Shown here: in pieces, positions 8,238 to 16,517 of the stretch | Layout of the letters: each line of letters starts with the position of its first letter | Numbering within the stretch: position 1 is the first letter of the stretch | Assembly (NCBI GenBank): GCA_041752695.1 | Contig: JBGSVZ010000056.1 | Coordinates: forward strand, 1 to 23,499 | From: Terrimicrobiaceae bacterium | GTDB lineage: Bacteria > Verrucomicrobiota > Verrucomicrobiia > Chthoniobacterales > Terrimicrobiaceae | Direction: 5' to 3' | Length of the DNA: 23,499 bases | Program-made: the position numbers and the translations under genes | The notes under the pieces: generated by a model | What the model was told of the DNA's origin: nothing | Seen by the model: only the letters and a program-made list of their open reading frames with translations | Databases searched by the model: none

Positions 8238-9292
8238 GGGAAACCCAGGTTGAGCATCCCCTGTGGGTCGTCCCGTTCATGCTCGGCCTCAGCAAATCGA
8301 ACGCCCGAGCCCAGCAGCCGGACCGCTTTGCCCTCGCCCGCGGCCCACGCTGTCTCCAGCAGGGCCAGGAACGTCTCACGAGCAGGTTCAACGCTCAGGC
8401 ATTCGCGGGTGATGCGGGTGAAGTCAGCGAATTTCATTTTCACGAAAACCTTGCGGATCGAACGGTCCGCCGCCTTGCCGCGCAGTTCCTCCAGAAGCTC
8501 GGCGAGGAGCTCCTCCATGGCGGTCTGACAGGCCGCCAGGGACGTGAGGTTTTCCTGGTAGGTGCATTCGTTGCTGAGGGATTTACGAATGCGGTTCGGC
8601 TGCACGGCGCGGTCATCCTGTCCGCGGCACAAATGGTATAATTCTTCGCCCCACTTGCCGTGCCGGGCGGTCATCTCCGGCAGCGAAAACCGCTGGAGGT
8701 CGCCGCAGGTGTGAAGACCGGCGGCGGCAAATTTTTCCGCACTCTTCGGCCCGATGCCCCAGATCTTCCGCACAGGAAGTTCCCGCATGAAAGCCTCCAC
8801 CCGGTCGGGCGTGACGGCGAACTGGCCGTTCGGTTTCCGCCAGTCGCTGGCGATCTTGGCGAGCATCTTGTTCGGCGCGATACCGGCGGAGGCGGTGAGT
8901 CCGGTTTCGTCAAAAATCCTCCGCCGGATCTCCTTAGCGATGTCCCAGGCATAGCGTTCCAGCGCGGTAACATCCAGATACGCTTCGTCGAGGGAGAGCG
9001 GTTCGACCAGCGGCGTGACGTCGTGCAAAATTTTCCGGACTTTTGCCGAGGCCGCGCGGTAGAGCTCGAACCGCACCGGCAGGAAAACCAGATGCGGGCA
9101 CAATTCGCGGGCCTTGAAGCCCGGCATGGCGGACCGGACGCCGAACGCGCGCGCCTCGTAGTTGCAAGTCGTCACCACCCCACGCCGCGACCCGCCGCCC
9201 ACCGCGACCGGCTGACCGGCCAGCTCCGGACGCTCGCGCATCTCCACGGCGGCGTAGAAACAGTCCATGTCGAGGTGGATGATTTTTCTCAA
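8234..9292 (-). CDS. dinB: DNA polymerase IV (Y family)
   Basis: TTG start gives (M)RKIIHLDMDCFYAAVEMR, NYEARAFGVRSAMP, EPLSLDEAYLDV, NKMLAKIASDWRKPNG, VRLLG and a clamp-binding-like QGMLNL tail. 352 aa, typical DinB length. Confidence 0.96.
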   Translation of the reverse strand: MRKIIHLDMDCFYAAVEMRERPELAGQPVAVGGGSRRGVVTTCNYEARAFGVRSAMPGFKARELCPHLVFLPVRFELYRAASAKVRKILHDVTPLVEPLSLDEAYLDVTALERYAWDIAKEIRRRIFDETGLTASAGIAPNKMLAKIASDWRKPNGQFAVTPDRVEAFMRELPVRKIWGIGPKSAEKFAAAGLHTCGDLQRFSLPEMTARHGKWGEELYHLCRGQDDRAVQPNRIRKSLSNECTYQENLTSLAACQTAMEELLAELLEELRGKAADRSIRKVFVKMKFADFTRITRECLSVEPARETFLALLETAWAAGEGKAVRLLGSGVRFAEAEHERDDPQGMLNLGFP

Positions 9293-9303
9293 GGCGGATA
9301 ACG

Positions 9304-9372
9304 TACAGAAGGCAACAAAGGGAACGAAGGGCCAGATTTTTCCGGCCTTGGTTTTTCGTGTTTCGTTCTGTA
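9304..9372. repeat. Degenerate intergenic inverted repeat (REP-like)
   Basis: Left arm TACAGAAGGCAACAAAGGGAACGAAGG; the right arm's reverse complement is TACAGAACGAAACACGAAAAACCAAGG. It fills most of the dinB/VOC-GNAT spacer. Confidence 0.5.
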
Positions 9373-9388
9373 AAAAAATCCCTCCACC

Positions 9389-10189
9389 ATGAGCAAGCTG
9401 GCCCGGGCCACCCCCCAATTCGGCGTCGTCAACGTGGAGGAGACCCAGCGGTATTATCGGGACGTGCTGGGGTTTCGCATCGACTGGACCTGGGGCGAAA
9501 ACGACTACGGTTCGGTCTCGCGCGATGAGACGACCATCTTTCTCAGCAACGCTGGGGGAGAGGTTGCCCGGATGACCCTTTTCGTCAACAGCTCCGAAGT
9601 CGATGCCCTTTGCGCGGAATGGAAATCGCGCGGGGCCACCATTGTTTCCGAACCGGAGGATAAACCTTGGGGCGTGCGGGAATTCACCGTCGAAGACAAC
9701 AACGGCCACCGGATGAGGATCGCCGAGAGTTCCCAGGCGTCCCGGCATGTCCCGGGCGAACCCGCCGAAGGTGTGAGTTTTGTCCGGCGGATTCCGACAA
9801 TCGAGGAATACCGGGCTTTGATTGATGCCGTCGGCTGGACCGCCTTCAACAATCTGGAGGCGGCGGCGAAATCGCTCCCGCAGTCGCTTTTCAGCGTCGT
9901 GGCCGATGTGGACGGACGGTGCGTCGGCCTCGCGCGCGTGATCGGTGATGGCGCGCAGTTTTATTATGTCATGGACGTGGCCGTGATGCCGGACCTGCAA
10001 GGCCGGGGGCTTGGCACGGGATTGATGAATGAGGTTGTGGAGTACCTGCTGGCCCACGCCCCGAACCGGGCGATGGTTGGACTGTTCACTGGAGCAGGAC
10101 TCTCCACATTTTATGAGCGTTTTGGGTTTCGCGGAGCCGCCACCGGCCTCTATGGCATGTCCACCCGGACCTTGCGCAAGGCGGTTTAG
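9389..10189 (+). CDS. VOC (glyoxalase/bleomycin-resistance) domain fused to a GNAT acetyltransferase
   Basis: N-half: YYRDVLGF...PEDKPWGVREFTVEDNNGH. C-half: VGLARVIGDG..YYVMDVAVMPDLQGRGLG (AcCoA motif A), FYERFGF. Confidence 0.9.
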   Translation: MSKLARATPQFGVVNVEETQRYYRDVLGFRIDWTWGENDYGSVSRDETTIFLSNAGGEVARMTLFVNSSEVDALCAEWKSRGATIVSEPEDKPWGVREFTVEDNNGHRMRIAESSQASRHVPGEPAEGVSFVRRIPTIEEYRALIDAVGWTAFNNLEAAAKSLPQSLFSVVADVDGRCVGLARVIGDGAQFYYVMDVAVMPDLQGRGLGTGLMNEVVEYLLAHAPNRAMVGLFTGAGLSTFYERFGFRGAATGLYGMSTRTLRKAV

Positions 10190-11460
10190 CGTCGCGCTCG
10201 GGACAACCGCAGACCCACGATCGCCAGCGCCGCCATGAGCGCGGCAAAGACCCAGGGCAGGAGTCCCAGGGCTTGGGCGAAAACGGCGTCGGCCGACTCT
10301 GTCCCACCCTGCATCCGGGTGAATCCGGCGAACACCAGCCCCGCGGATCCATAGGCCAGATTGAAGGCCAGCCCCTTAAAACTCAGCACGGTGGCCCGCA
10401 GCGAGGAATTGGTGACGGATTGGTTGAGGTAGTGCGAAACGAAAAACTGCAGGAAAGACATCGCCACACCCAGTGGGATGATCGCCAGCACGCCCCAGAC
10501 CGGCCAGACGAGCGCCGTAATGCACAACCCGGTAAAGGCGAGCGCGCCTGTGATCGTGAGATTCCGCCCCATCGATTGTCGGCCCGCCAGCAACTGGGCG
10601 AGCCGCGGAGTGAAAAATCCGAGCACCGCGAAAGCCGAACCGATCATGCCGTACGCCCACTCGGGCATGGCGATGAGCCGGTAATAGTTGCTGCCGAGGG
10701 TGAGAAAGAGCCGGATCACGCTGTCCATCCCCATCCCGGCCAGAATGATGAGCAGGGCCACGGGAGTGGTGAAAATCCAGCGTCCCGCATTCAGGGTTTG
10801 CCGCAGCGTCCCGGCCACCGTCGCGCGAACATGTCTGGCACCTCCCTCCGGCTCCCGGAAACAGAGGGCAACTGCCAGGACGAAAAGCGCGTTCCCCAGA
10901 GTCAGATAAAGTGGCCAGCGCAGGGTGCTTTCCGGAACAGGGAGCCCCCCGGCGGCGAGAATTTTCCCGACCAGAGTTCCGTCGTAGAGCACCGCTCCCA
11001 GCAGCATCGCGACAAAAAATCCCGCCGCCTGCCAGCGCATGAGCCGCGCCAGCACCGCCGGCCAAGCCGCGTCCCGGCCTTCCTCCCCCAGCGAATCGTA
11101 GGCCAGCGATTCATCCGCCCCGCTGGCGCAGGCTTCGGAGGCCCCGCTCAAGATCCGGTTGAGCAGCAATACCGGAAAAAGCCACCCCGAACCCGCCGGC
11201 GCAAAGGCAAAAAGCGCCATCTCGACCACCATCAACGTGGCCGCAGCAATGATGATCCAACGCCGCCCGATCTGATCGGCCACCGCGCCCGAAGGAACCT
11301 CCAGACAAACAATGCTCACCGCCCAGGCCACGTTCAGCAACGCGTATTGTTCCAAGGTGAGGCCGAGGTCCATAAACAGCACGCCGAGCACCGGATAATA
11401 CCAGCGCGCGTTGAACAGCACGCGGAAAGCGATGAAGAGCGGGATGTTGCGCGAAGTCAT
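10186..11460 (-). CDS. MFS transporter
   Basis: About 12 hydrophobic segments; motif A-like LEVPSGAVADQIGRR, SGADESLAYDSL, RATVLS. Confidence 0.92.
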   Translation of the reverse strand: MTSRNIPLFIAFRVLFNARWYYPVLGVLFMDLGLTLEQYALLNVAWAVSIVCLEVPSGAVADQIGRRWIIIAAATLMVVEMALFAFAPAGSGWLFPVLLLNRILSGASEACASGADESLAYDSLGEEGRDAAWPAVLARLMRWQAAGFFVAMLLGAVLYDGTLVGKILAAGGLPVPESTLRWPLYLTLGNALFVLAVALCFREPEGGARHVRATVAGTLRQTLNAGRWIFTTPVALLIILAGMGMDSVIRLFLTLGSNYYRLIAMPEWAYGMIGSAFAVLGFFTPRLAQLLAGRQSMGRNLTITGALAFTGLCITALVWPVWGVLAIIPLGVAMSFLQFFVSHYLNQSVTNSSLRATVLSFKGLAFNLAYGSAGLVFAGFTRMQGGTESADAVFAQALGLLPWVFAALMAALAIVGLRLSRARR

Positions 11461-11507
11461 GAAGACGGAGGGAATCTGCGGGAAAATGAGCGCGCGGTCA
11501 CTTCATT

Positions 11508-11567
11508 CGTTGGAGTTCACGCTTTAGCGTGCGCCTGCCGGAACAGCCTAAAGGCTGGACTCCAACG
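11508..11567. repeat. REPIN-like element, copy 1
   Basis: CGTTGGAGTTCACGCTTTAGCGTG...CAGCCTAAAGGCTGGACTCCAACG: two inverted arms, each with its own internal palindrome. Near-identical copy at 20868-20926. Confidence 0.8.
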
Positions 11568-11568
11568 C

Positions 11569-11596
11569 TTGACTCCGCGGGCCCTCCTGCCATGCT
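11569..11596 (+). promoter_or_regulatory. Putative sigma70 promoter for the ankyrin gene leader
   Basis: TTGACT (11569-11574), 16-nt spacer, TGc-CATGCT extended -10 (11588-11596). Confidence 0.45.
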
Positions 11597-11598
11597 CC

Positions 11599-11723
11599 GC
11601 CTGCCCCTAACGGGAGGCATCCGGGTCCGCGGAAAGGGTTCAACCCACCTGTCCAAGCACATACACCGAACCGTTTCTTTGCCCGATTTCGCGGACCGCG
11701 GGCACCACAAAGAAAGGGTTCTC
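11599..11723 (+). promoter_or_regulatory. Structured 5' leader RNA with competing helices covering the RBS (candidate riboswitch/translational switch)
   Basis: 11624-11634 pairs with 11687-11697 (11 bp, one G-U). 11668-11681 pairs with 11708-11721 (13/14, covers RBS). 11680-11685 pairs with 11699-11704. GAAAGGGTTC is duplicated at 11632 and 11712. Confidence 0.65.
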
Positions 11724-14700
11724 ATGAACACTCCCACAGGAGGCAATGCCTCCACGCCGCGTAAGAAACTGCCGGTCAATCCCAGCCTTGAACACCTGCA
11801 GAAGCAGGCCAAACGGCGGGTCAAAACCCAGCCTTCCCTCAAGCTCGCGGAAGTCCAACACCAACTCGCGAAGGAATACGGCTGCAAAAATTGGGCGGAA
11901 CTCGCGCGGGTGGTGGAAACCATGTCGCGCGGCGCCGACCAGCTGGCTAACGTGAAACGCAAAGTTGAGCCGCTTCCGCAGGCGGCCCGTGACGTGGACA
12001 TCGAGACCGTTCGCAGGCTTCTTGCGGAAGGAAATTTCACCCAGCATGATCTCGATGCGGCCCTCGCCCATGCCCTGTGGTACGGCGATGATTCGAACTG
12101 GCCGGCCCGCAAATTCCTGGCCGATCTGCTTCTCGAACACGGTGCTGATCCCGATGGCCAGTACGGATCTGCTTATGGCCCCCTTGTTTTCGGCACCGCC
12201 GAATGTCTGCAACCCGACAGCCTGCAATATCTCATCGACGCCGGTGCCGATGTCACCTTCCCGCCCATCCAGACGAAATACGGCATGTCCAGTGTGTATT
12301 CCCATACCGGGACCTATGTACGCGGCCGCAACGAACGAAAGCATCGTTTCATCGACATCCTGCTGGCCAACAAGGCCTTCATCCCACCGGAGGTGACGCC
12401 CCCCATTTTGGCCATTCATCGTGGCGACGCCCGAGGTCTGGCCTCCCTCCTCGACGCAGATCCCGGCCTGATCTCCCGGCGTTTTCCGGATATGCCCTAC
12501 GGCAATATGCGCCTCCGCGGTGCGACCCTGCTCCACTGCGCGGTCGAATTTGGCGAAATCGAATGCACGGAGGAGCTTCTGAAACGCGCCGCCGATATCA
12601 ACGCGAAGGCGGATGTGATTGATGGCCTCGGCGGACAGACGCCGATTTTTCACGCCATCAATACGAACTGCGACAACAATTTTTCCATGCTGGAGTATCT
12701 CGCCAAACGTGTCGCTCCCTGGGTGGATATGTCCGTGCGCGCCACGTGGAGCAACTACGGCGAACCGCAGCCCAAGCCGATGACGCCCCTCGAGTACGCG
12801 GAAAGCGCCGCGACAGAAGAATCCCGCAGATGGCGGACTAAAATCGATGAGGAACTTGCCATCCTGCGCTCGCTCGATCACACCGAACAGATCAAGGCAG
12901 CGATTCTCCGCAAGGATGAAAAGACCGTCTCGCGCCTGCTTGACGAAAGGCCGGATCTGCTGTCTCCCATGCTCTGGCCGACCGCCATTTTCCAGGCAAG
13001 ATGCCCGGCCATGACCCGGCTTCTGCTCGATCGCGGCCTGCACCCGGACGAATGCACCGCCCCGCGCAAACCCCTGCATCTTGCCGTCTATCAGTGCCTG
13101 CCGGAAATCGTGGAGCTTCTCATCGCCCACGGCGCTGATGTGAACCTGCGGAATCCGCTCGACGAAGCTCCGCTTGATTTGCTCGATGCCTACGAACCCC
13201 GCCCAATCGGTGACCCCGAGGCCGCGCGCATTCGGCGCGCCCTGCGCGAGGCCGGTGCGAAAGACGACCTGTACTCGGTTATCCGGGCTGGAGAAGATGA
13301 ACTGCTGCGCGAAATGCTCAACGCCGACCCCTCGCTGGCGAAGGCCGATTCCAGCCTGGGCGGTCCGCTCTTTGTCGCCGCCCGCAGTGGACGCGTCGAG
13401 GCCGCCCGCCTGCTGCTCGAATTCGGGGCGGATCCCAACAAGGTGAACAGCAAGGGAAACACGCCGCTTTGGTTCGCCGCGCAGAGCCCGGCGCGACCCA
13501 CGTCCAGCCGCATTGCCGTCATGAAACTCCTCCTTGAGGCGGGCGCGGAAATCAATCACCGCTGCGAAAACGGCACAACCGCGCTGCATTTCGCCGCCTG
13601 GCGGGGACCGGCCGGTGTGGTGGAATTTCTGCTCTCCCAAGGCGCGTGGAGTTGGATCAGGGATGACCGGGAAAAGACTCCAGCAGACCATGCCCGGGAA
13701 ATGTCCGTGGCCACGGACAAAGAGGAGATCGTGCGGTTGTTTTCGGAAGTCCGGATTCTCGATCCTGTTTTTCGCTCCGCCGTCGCCGCCATCGACACCG
13801 GCGATGTCGAGGGGCTGAAGGCGCTTTTGAAAAAATATCCGGGGCTGATTGATCAACGCGCCGAGGAGGAGGGCTGGTTCGCCGGAGCGTATTTCCGGTA
13901 TCCCACTCTTCTGCATTTTGTGGCCAATAACCCCTACCGGCATGAAACCATGCCGCCGCGCATCCTGGAGTCCGCGGAAGCTCTTCTGGATGCGGGCGCG
14001 GACATCAACGCGGCCACCTCCACGGAAAATGCCCACGGCGTTCTCGGGCTTGTTACCTCCTGCGAACCGGCCCGAAAAGCCGGCCTGCAAATCCCCTTGG
14101 TCGACCTGTTGGTGCGTCGGGGTGCGGATGCTTCCGCCGGTCTCGATCCGGCAATCCTCCATGGCGAGATGGAGGCGGTGAATCGCCTGTTGGCGCTCGG
14201 TGCGAAACACACGCTCATGTCCGCAGCCGCCATGGGCGAGAGCGCCGCCTTGCGCGATCTTCTGAAAACCAGCCCGTCGGAAGAAAGGCGCTCGGCCGCA
14301 GCTTGGGCGGCGACAATGCATGGGCAAATCGCGACGTTGGAAATCCTCCTCGGCACAGGGCTCGAGATCAACGCGCGATTACCCGGCCACCCGTATGCGC
14401 CCACGCTCCTTCATCAAGCCGCGTTCTTCGGCCATCGCGAACTCGCGCAATGGCTGCTCGATCGCGGGGTGGATCCCACAATTCGCGACCACCAGTTTAA
14501 CGGAACTCCGGCGGGCTGGGCTGAACACAACGGCCAGCCGGAACTTGCCGAATGGCTGCGCGGTCGGGAGGCCGTGTTCCTCGAAAAGGAAACCTCGCTA
14601 AAATCCTGGCTGGCCATTCTGGAGGATATCGCCTGCGCCCTCGCCCCGGATCTGCAAAAATTCCACCTCCAGTATCGGACAGGCGAGTGGTTGAATTCCG

Positions 14701-15071
14701 CCGCGCTGAAACTTCAGAAGGCCACCTGGACGGACGGAGCCGGGCACGAGGCCTTTTTCTCCGTCTGGCTGGATGCCAAAGACCTGAAAAAAGGCCGCTT
14801 CAACTATAACATCCACACCCTGAAGCTGCGGCTGCTCCAAGGATATTCCATCAGCTCGGGAGAATTTGCCACTGCCTTCCGGGCGAAGTTTGCCCCCCAG
14901 GCTGGCCGTTGGCCGAATGTCCGCACCGACTACGGCCCGCAGACCCTCATGCAAGGCTGGATGCCCCTGGATGACAGGACCTTCCGCGAGGATGTGGTCG
15001 GGCTGGTGAACGACTTCGTCTCGATCCACCACATCATTGATGAAATGCTGGCGGAACGGAAAATCCTCTGA
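11724..15071 (+). CDS. Large composite ankyrin-repeat protein with an N-terminal LPxxPxLEHLxKQAK helical domain and a non-ankyrin C-terminal domain
   Basis: Many ankyrin motifs (GATLLHCA, GQTPIFHA, KPLHLAV, GNTPLWFAA, GTTALHFAA, PTLLHFVA, PTLLHQAA; GADVN/GADIN). N-terminus LPVNPSLEHLQKQAK...QHQLAKEYGCKNWAEL. ATG 11724 follows AAAGGG. Confidence 0.9.
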   Translation: MNTPTGGNASTPRKKLPVNPSLEHLQKQAKRRVKTQPSLKLAEVQHQLAKEYGCKNWAELARVVETMSRGADQLANVKRKVEPLPQAARDVDIETVRRLLAEGNFTQHDLDAALAHALWYGDDSNWPARKFLADLLLEHGADPDGQYGSAYGPLVFGTAECLQPDSLQYLIDAGADVTFPPIQTKYGMSSVYSHTGTYVRGRNERKHRFIDILLANKAFIPPEVTPPILAIHRGDARGLASLLDADPGLISRRFPDMPYGNMRLRGATLLHCAVEFGEIECTEELLKRAADINAKADVIDGLGGQTPIFHAINTNCDNNFSMLEYLAKRVAPWVDMSVRATWSNYGEPQPKPMTPLEYAESAATEESRRWRTKIDEELAILRSLDHTEQIKAAILRKDEKTVSRLLDERPDLLSPMLWPTAIFQARCPAMTRLLLDRGLHPDECTAPRKPLHLAVYQCLPEIVELLIAHGADVNLRNPLDEAPLDLLDAYEPRPIGDPEAARIRRALREAGAKDDLYSVIRAGEDELLREMLNADPSLAKADSSLGGPLFVAARSGRVEAARLLLEFGADPNKVNSKGNTPLWFAAQSPARPTSSRIAVMKLLLEAGAEINHRCENGTTALHFAAWRGPAGVVEFLLSQGAWSWIRDDREKTPADHAREMSVATDKEEIVRLFSEVRILDPVFRSAVAAIDTGDVEGLKALLKKYPGLIDQRAEEEGWFAGAYFRYPTLLHFVANNPYRHETMPPRILESAEALLDAGADINAATSTENAHGVLGLVTSCEPARKAGLQIPLVDLLVRRGADASAGLDPAILHGEMEAVNRLLALGAKHTLMSAAAMGESAALRDLLKTSPSEERRSAAAWAATMHGQIATLEILLGTGLEINARLPGHPYAPTLLHQAAFFGHRELAQWLLDRGVDPTIRDHQFNGTPAGWAEHNGQPELAEWLRGREAVFLEKETSLKSWLAILEDIACALAPDLQKFHLQYRTGEWLNSAALKLQKATWTDGAGHEAFFSVWLDAKDLKKGRFNYNIHTLKLRLLQGYSISSGEFATAFRAKFAPQAGRWPNVRTDYGPQTLMQGWMPLDDRTFREDVVGLVNDFVSIHHIIDEMLAERKIL

Positions 15072-15086
15072 CGAGCCCCAGCCGAT

Positions 15087-15524
15087 TTATTTGATTATGC
15101 ACAAATTCCCAGGCTTTGCGCCGTGGACCGCGGAAAGATTGATGCCTTCGTCAAACGTGACGAGCCTGCCCTTGTGGCGGCAGGCGAGAGCGAGGAGATA
15201 AATATCGGTGACTACCCGCGGACCGAGGATCCGTTCGGCATCAATATGGGAAGAGTCGCGTAAGGTCAGGTCATCTGGCCAGAATTGATGATCGGTGCTC
15301 GCGACGAAACCCTTGAGGTTTTCAAGGACTTGAACTGCCGAGTTCCGGAGCTTCCGACTGTAATTCGGGTTGCAGAGAATTCTCGCCAAGCCGTTTTCGG
15401 TCAGTGGACAGCTCGCCCAACCGTCATGGCATTCGACTTCCAACCACTGATGAGCCCGTTCATTAAAAAGATGCTCCTCGTCGAACAACGCTACGAGCAC
15501 GTTGATGTCCAGCAGGGACCGCAT
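15087..15524 (-). CDS. vapC: VapC-type PIN-domain ribonuclease toxin
   Basis: MRSLLDINVLVALFD, CPLTENG, VTDIYLLALA, LVTFD (PIN acidic residues). TGATG coupling to the antitoxin. Confidence 0.92.
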   Translation of the reverse strand: MRSLLDINVLVALFDEEHLFNERAHQWLEVECHDGWASCPLTENGLARILCNPNYSRKLRNSAVQVLENLKGFVASTDHQFWPDDLTLRDSSHIDAERILGPRVVTDIYLLALACRHKGRLVTFDEGINLSAVHGAKPGNLCIIK

Positions 15525-15754
15525 CAAATCCCTTCTTCATCCATCAGCCGCCGGACATGCTCCAAGGTGACGATTTCGCCTCTCCTGGGGAACATGCGAA
15601 TTCCATTCCGAATCCTGAGCTTTTCTGGAGAAGAAGTGGTGAACCCTTTTCGTGCCAATCTTGATATGACGGCCCCCGCGGTGGTCTTTTCCTTCGCGGC
15701 AATCTCTTTGGCGGCTTGAAGAATATCAGGCTCAATATCGAGAGTGGTTCTCAT
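15524..15754 (-). CDS. vapB: VapB-type ribbon-helix-helix antitoxin
   Basis: MRTTLDIEPDILQAAKEIA...GAVISRLARKG, acidic C-terminus, 76 aa, directly upstream of the PIN toxin. Confidence 0.9.
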   Translation of the reverse strand: MRTTLDIEPDILQAAKEIAAKEKTTAGAVISRLARKGFTTSSPEKLRIRNGIRMFPRRGEIVTLEHVRRLMDEEGI

Positions 15755-15790
15755 GCATCTGATGCTACTGCATCAATTGGATGAGATCAA
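15755..15790 (-). promoter_or_regulatory. vapBC promoter and autoregulatory operator
   Basis: Minus strand TTGATC (15790-15785), 17 nt, TAGCAT (15767-15762), 7 nt, ATG. Inverted repeats GCATC-T-GATGC (15755-15765) and TGATGC-N4-GCATCA (15760-15775) overlap the -10. Confidence 0.7.
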
Positions 15791-15831
15791 GGAACAGGTC
15801 GGCAAACGCACGTTTGCCACCACAGGGATGC

Positions 15832-16374
15832 CTACCCCGCAAGCAAAACTTCCAGCAGCGCCTTGCGACGGGCGTGTTCCTCGTCACTCAGGACGGAGAC
15901 CAGCGCAGTGCCCTCCGGTTCGGGGAGATCGAGCCAGGAACGGCAGCCTCCGTATTTTTTTTCGTTGAGGAGCTGGCAGGGAGGATCCAGTCGAAAAACC
16001 CGCACGAACGCGACGTAAACGCCCTCCGTGTCGTCGTAGTGGAACCGCTCCTCGACCACACTCTCGTGCAGGACATGGAGCTCGCGCAGCCGGGTTACCG
16101 TGTTCCAATCGGTCACAAGACCATTCCATTCCACCGTCGCGGCGTAGCGGATCTCGAGATTTTCGCCCGGTTCTTCCGGCACGGGGGTGTCGGCAGGGAG
16201 GGTGGTTTTGCCCAACTGTTCGTGGAACCAGGTGGGAAACAGAAAAAAATCGTCATGCCGGAAAGCGAACCCGCTTTTGCCTTCGGCGATGCCCCCTTTG
16301 CGGATGATGACACTCTGGCGGCCCGTGCCGAGGGCCTCGCAGACGACGGCCCATTCTTTAAACGCGGCATTCAT
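15832..16374 (-). CDS. DUF1802 family protein
   Basis: AFKEWAVVCEALGTGRQSVIIRKGGIAE, FFLFPTWFHEQ, YGGCRSW. Confidence 0.88.
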   Translation of the reverse strand: MNAAFKEWAVVCEALGTGRQSVIIRKGGIAEGKSGFAFRHDDFFLFPTWFHEQLGKTTLPADTPVPEEPGENLEIRYAATVEWNGLVTDWNTVTRLRELHVLHESVVEERFHYDDTEGVYVAFVRVFRLDPPCQLLNEKKYGGCRSWLDLPEPEGTALVSVLSDEEHARRKALLEVLLAG

Positions 16375-16517
16375 GGTGCCGTACCAGTAACCCGGAGCGT
16401 GCGACTTGAAAAATGAAAAACGGCGGCCTGGTGCACGCGCCGTCGCCGAACCGCGCGAAGATCATCGGAAACCCCGCCGCTTGCGCAACGTTGGCCGGGG
16501 TGGCAAACGTACCCGAC

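Noticed and set aside
9293..10057. Apparent 255-aa N-terminal extension of DinB
   Set aside because: Antisense to the VOC-GNAT gene. DinB homology begins at RKIIHLDMD with a TTG at 9292.
10273..11610. 445-aa plus-strand ORF and other ORFs overlapping assigned genes
   Set aside because: Antisense or alternate-frame ORFs expected at high GC; Arg/Pro/Gly-rich and without domains.
11529..11723. 65-aa N-terminal extension of the ankyrin ORF
   Set aside because: Runs through the REPIN, promoter and structured leader. ATG 11724 has an RBS and directly precedes the conserved domain.
11640..14327. 895-aa minus-strand ORF
   Set aside because: Codon-register shadow of the GC-rich ankyrin gene; no recognisable motifs.
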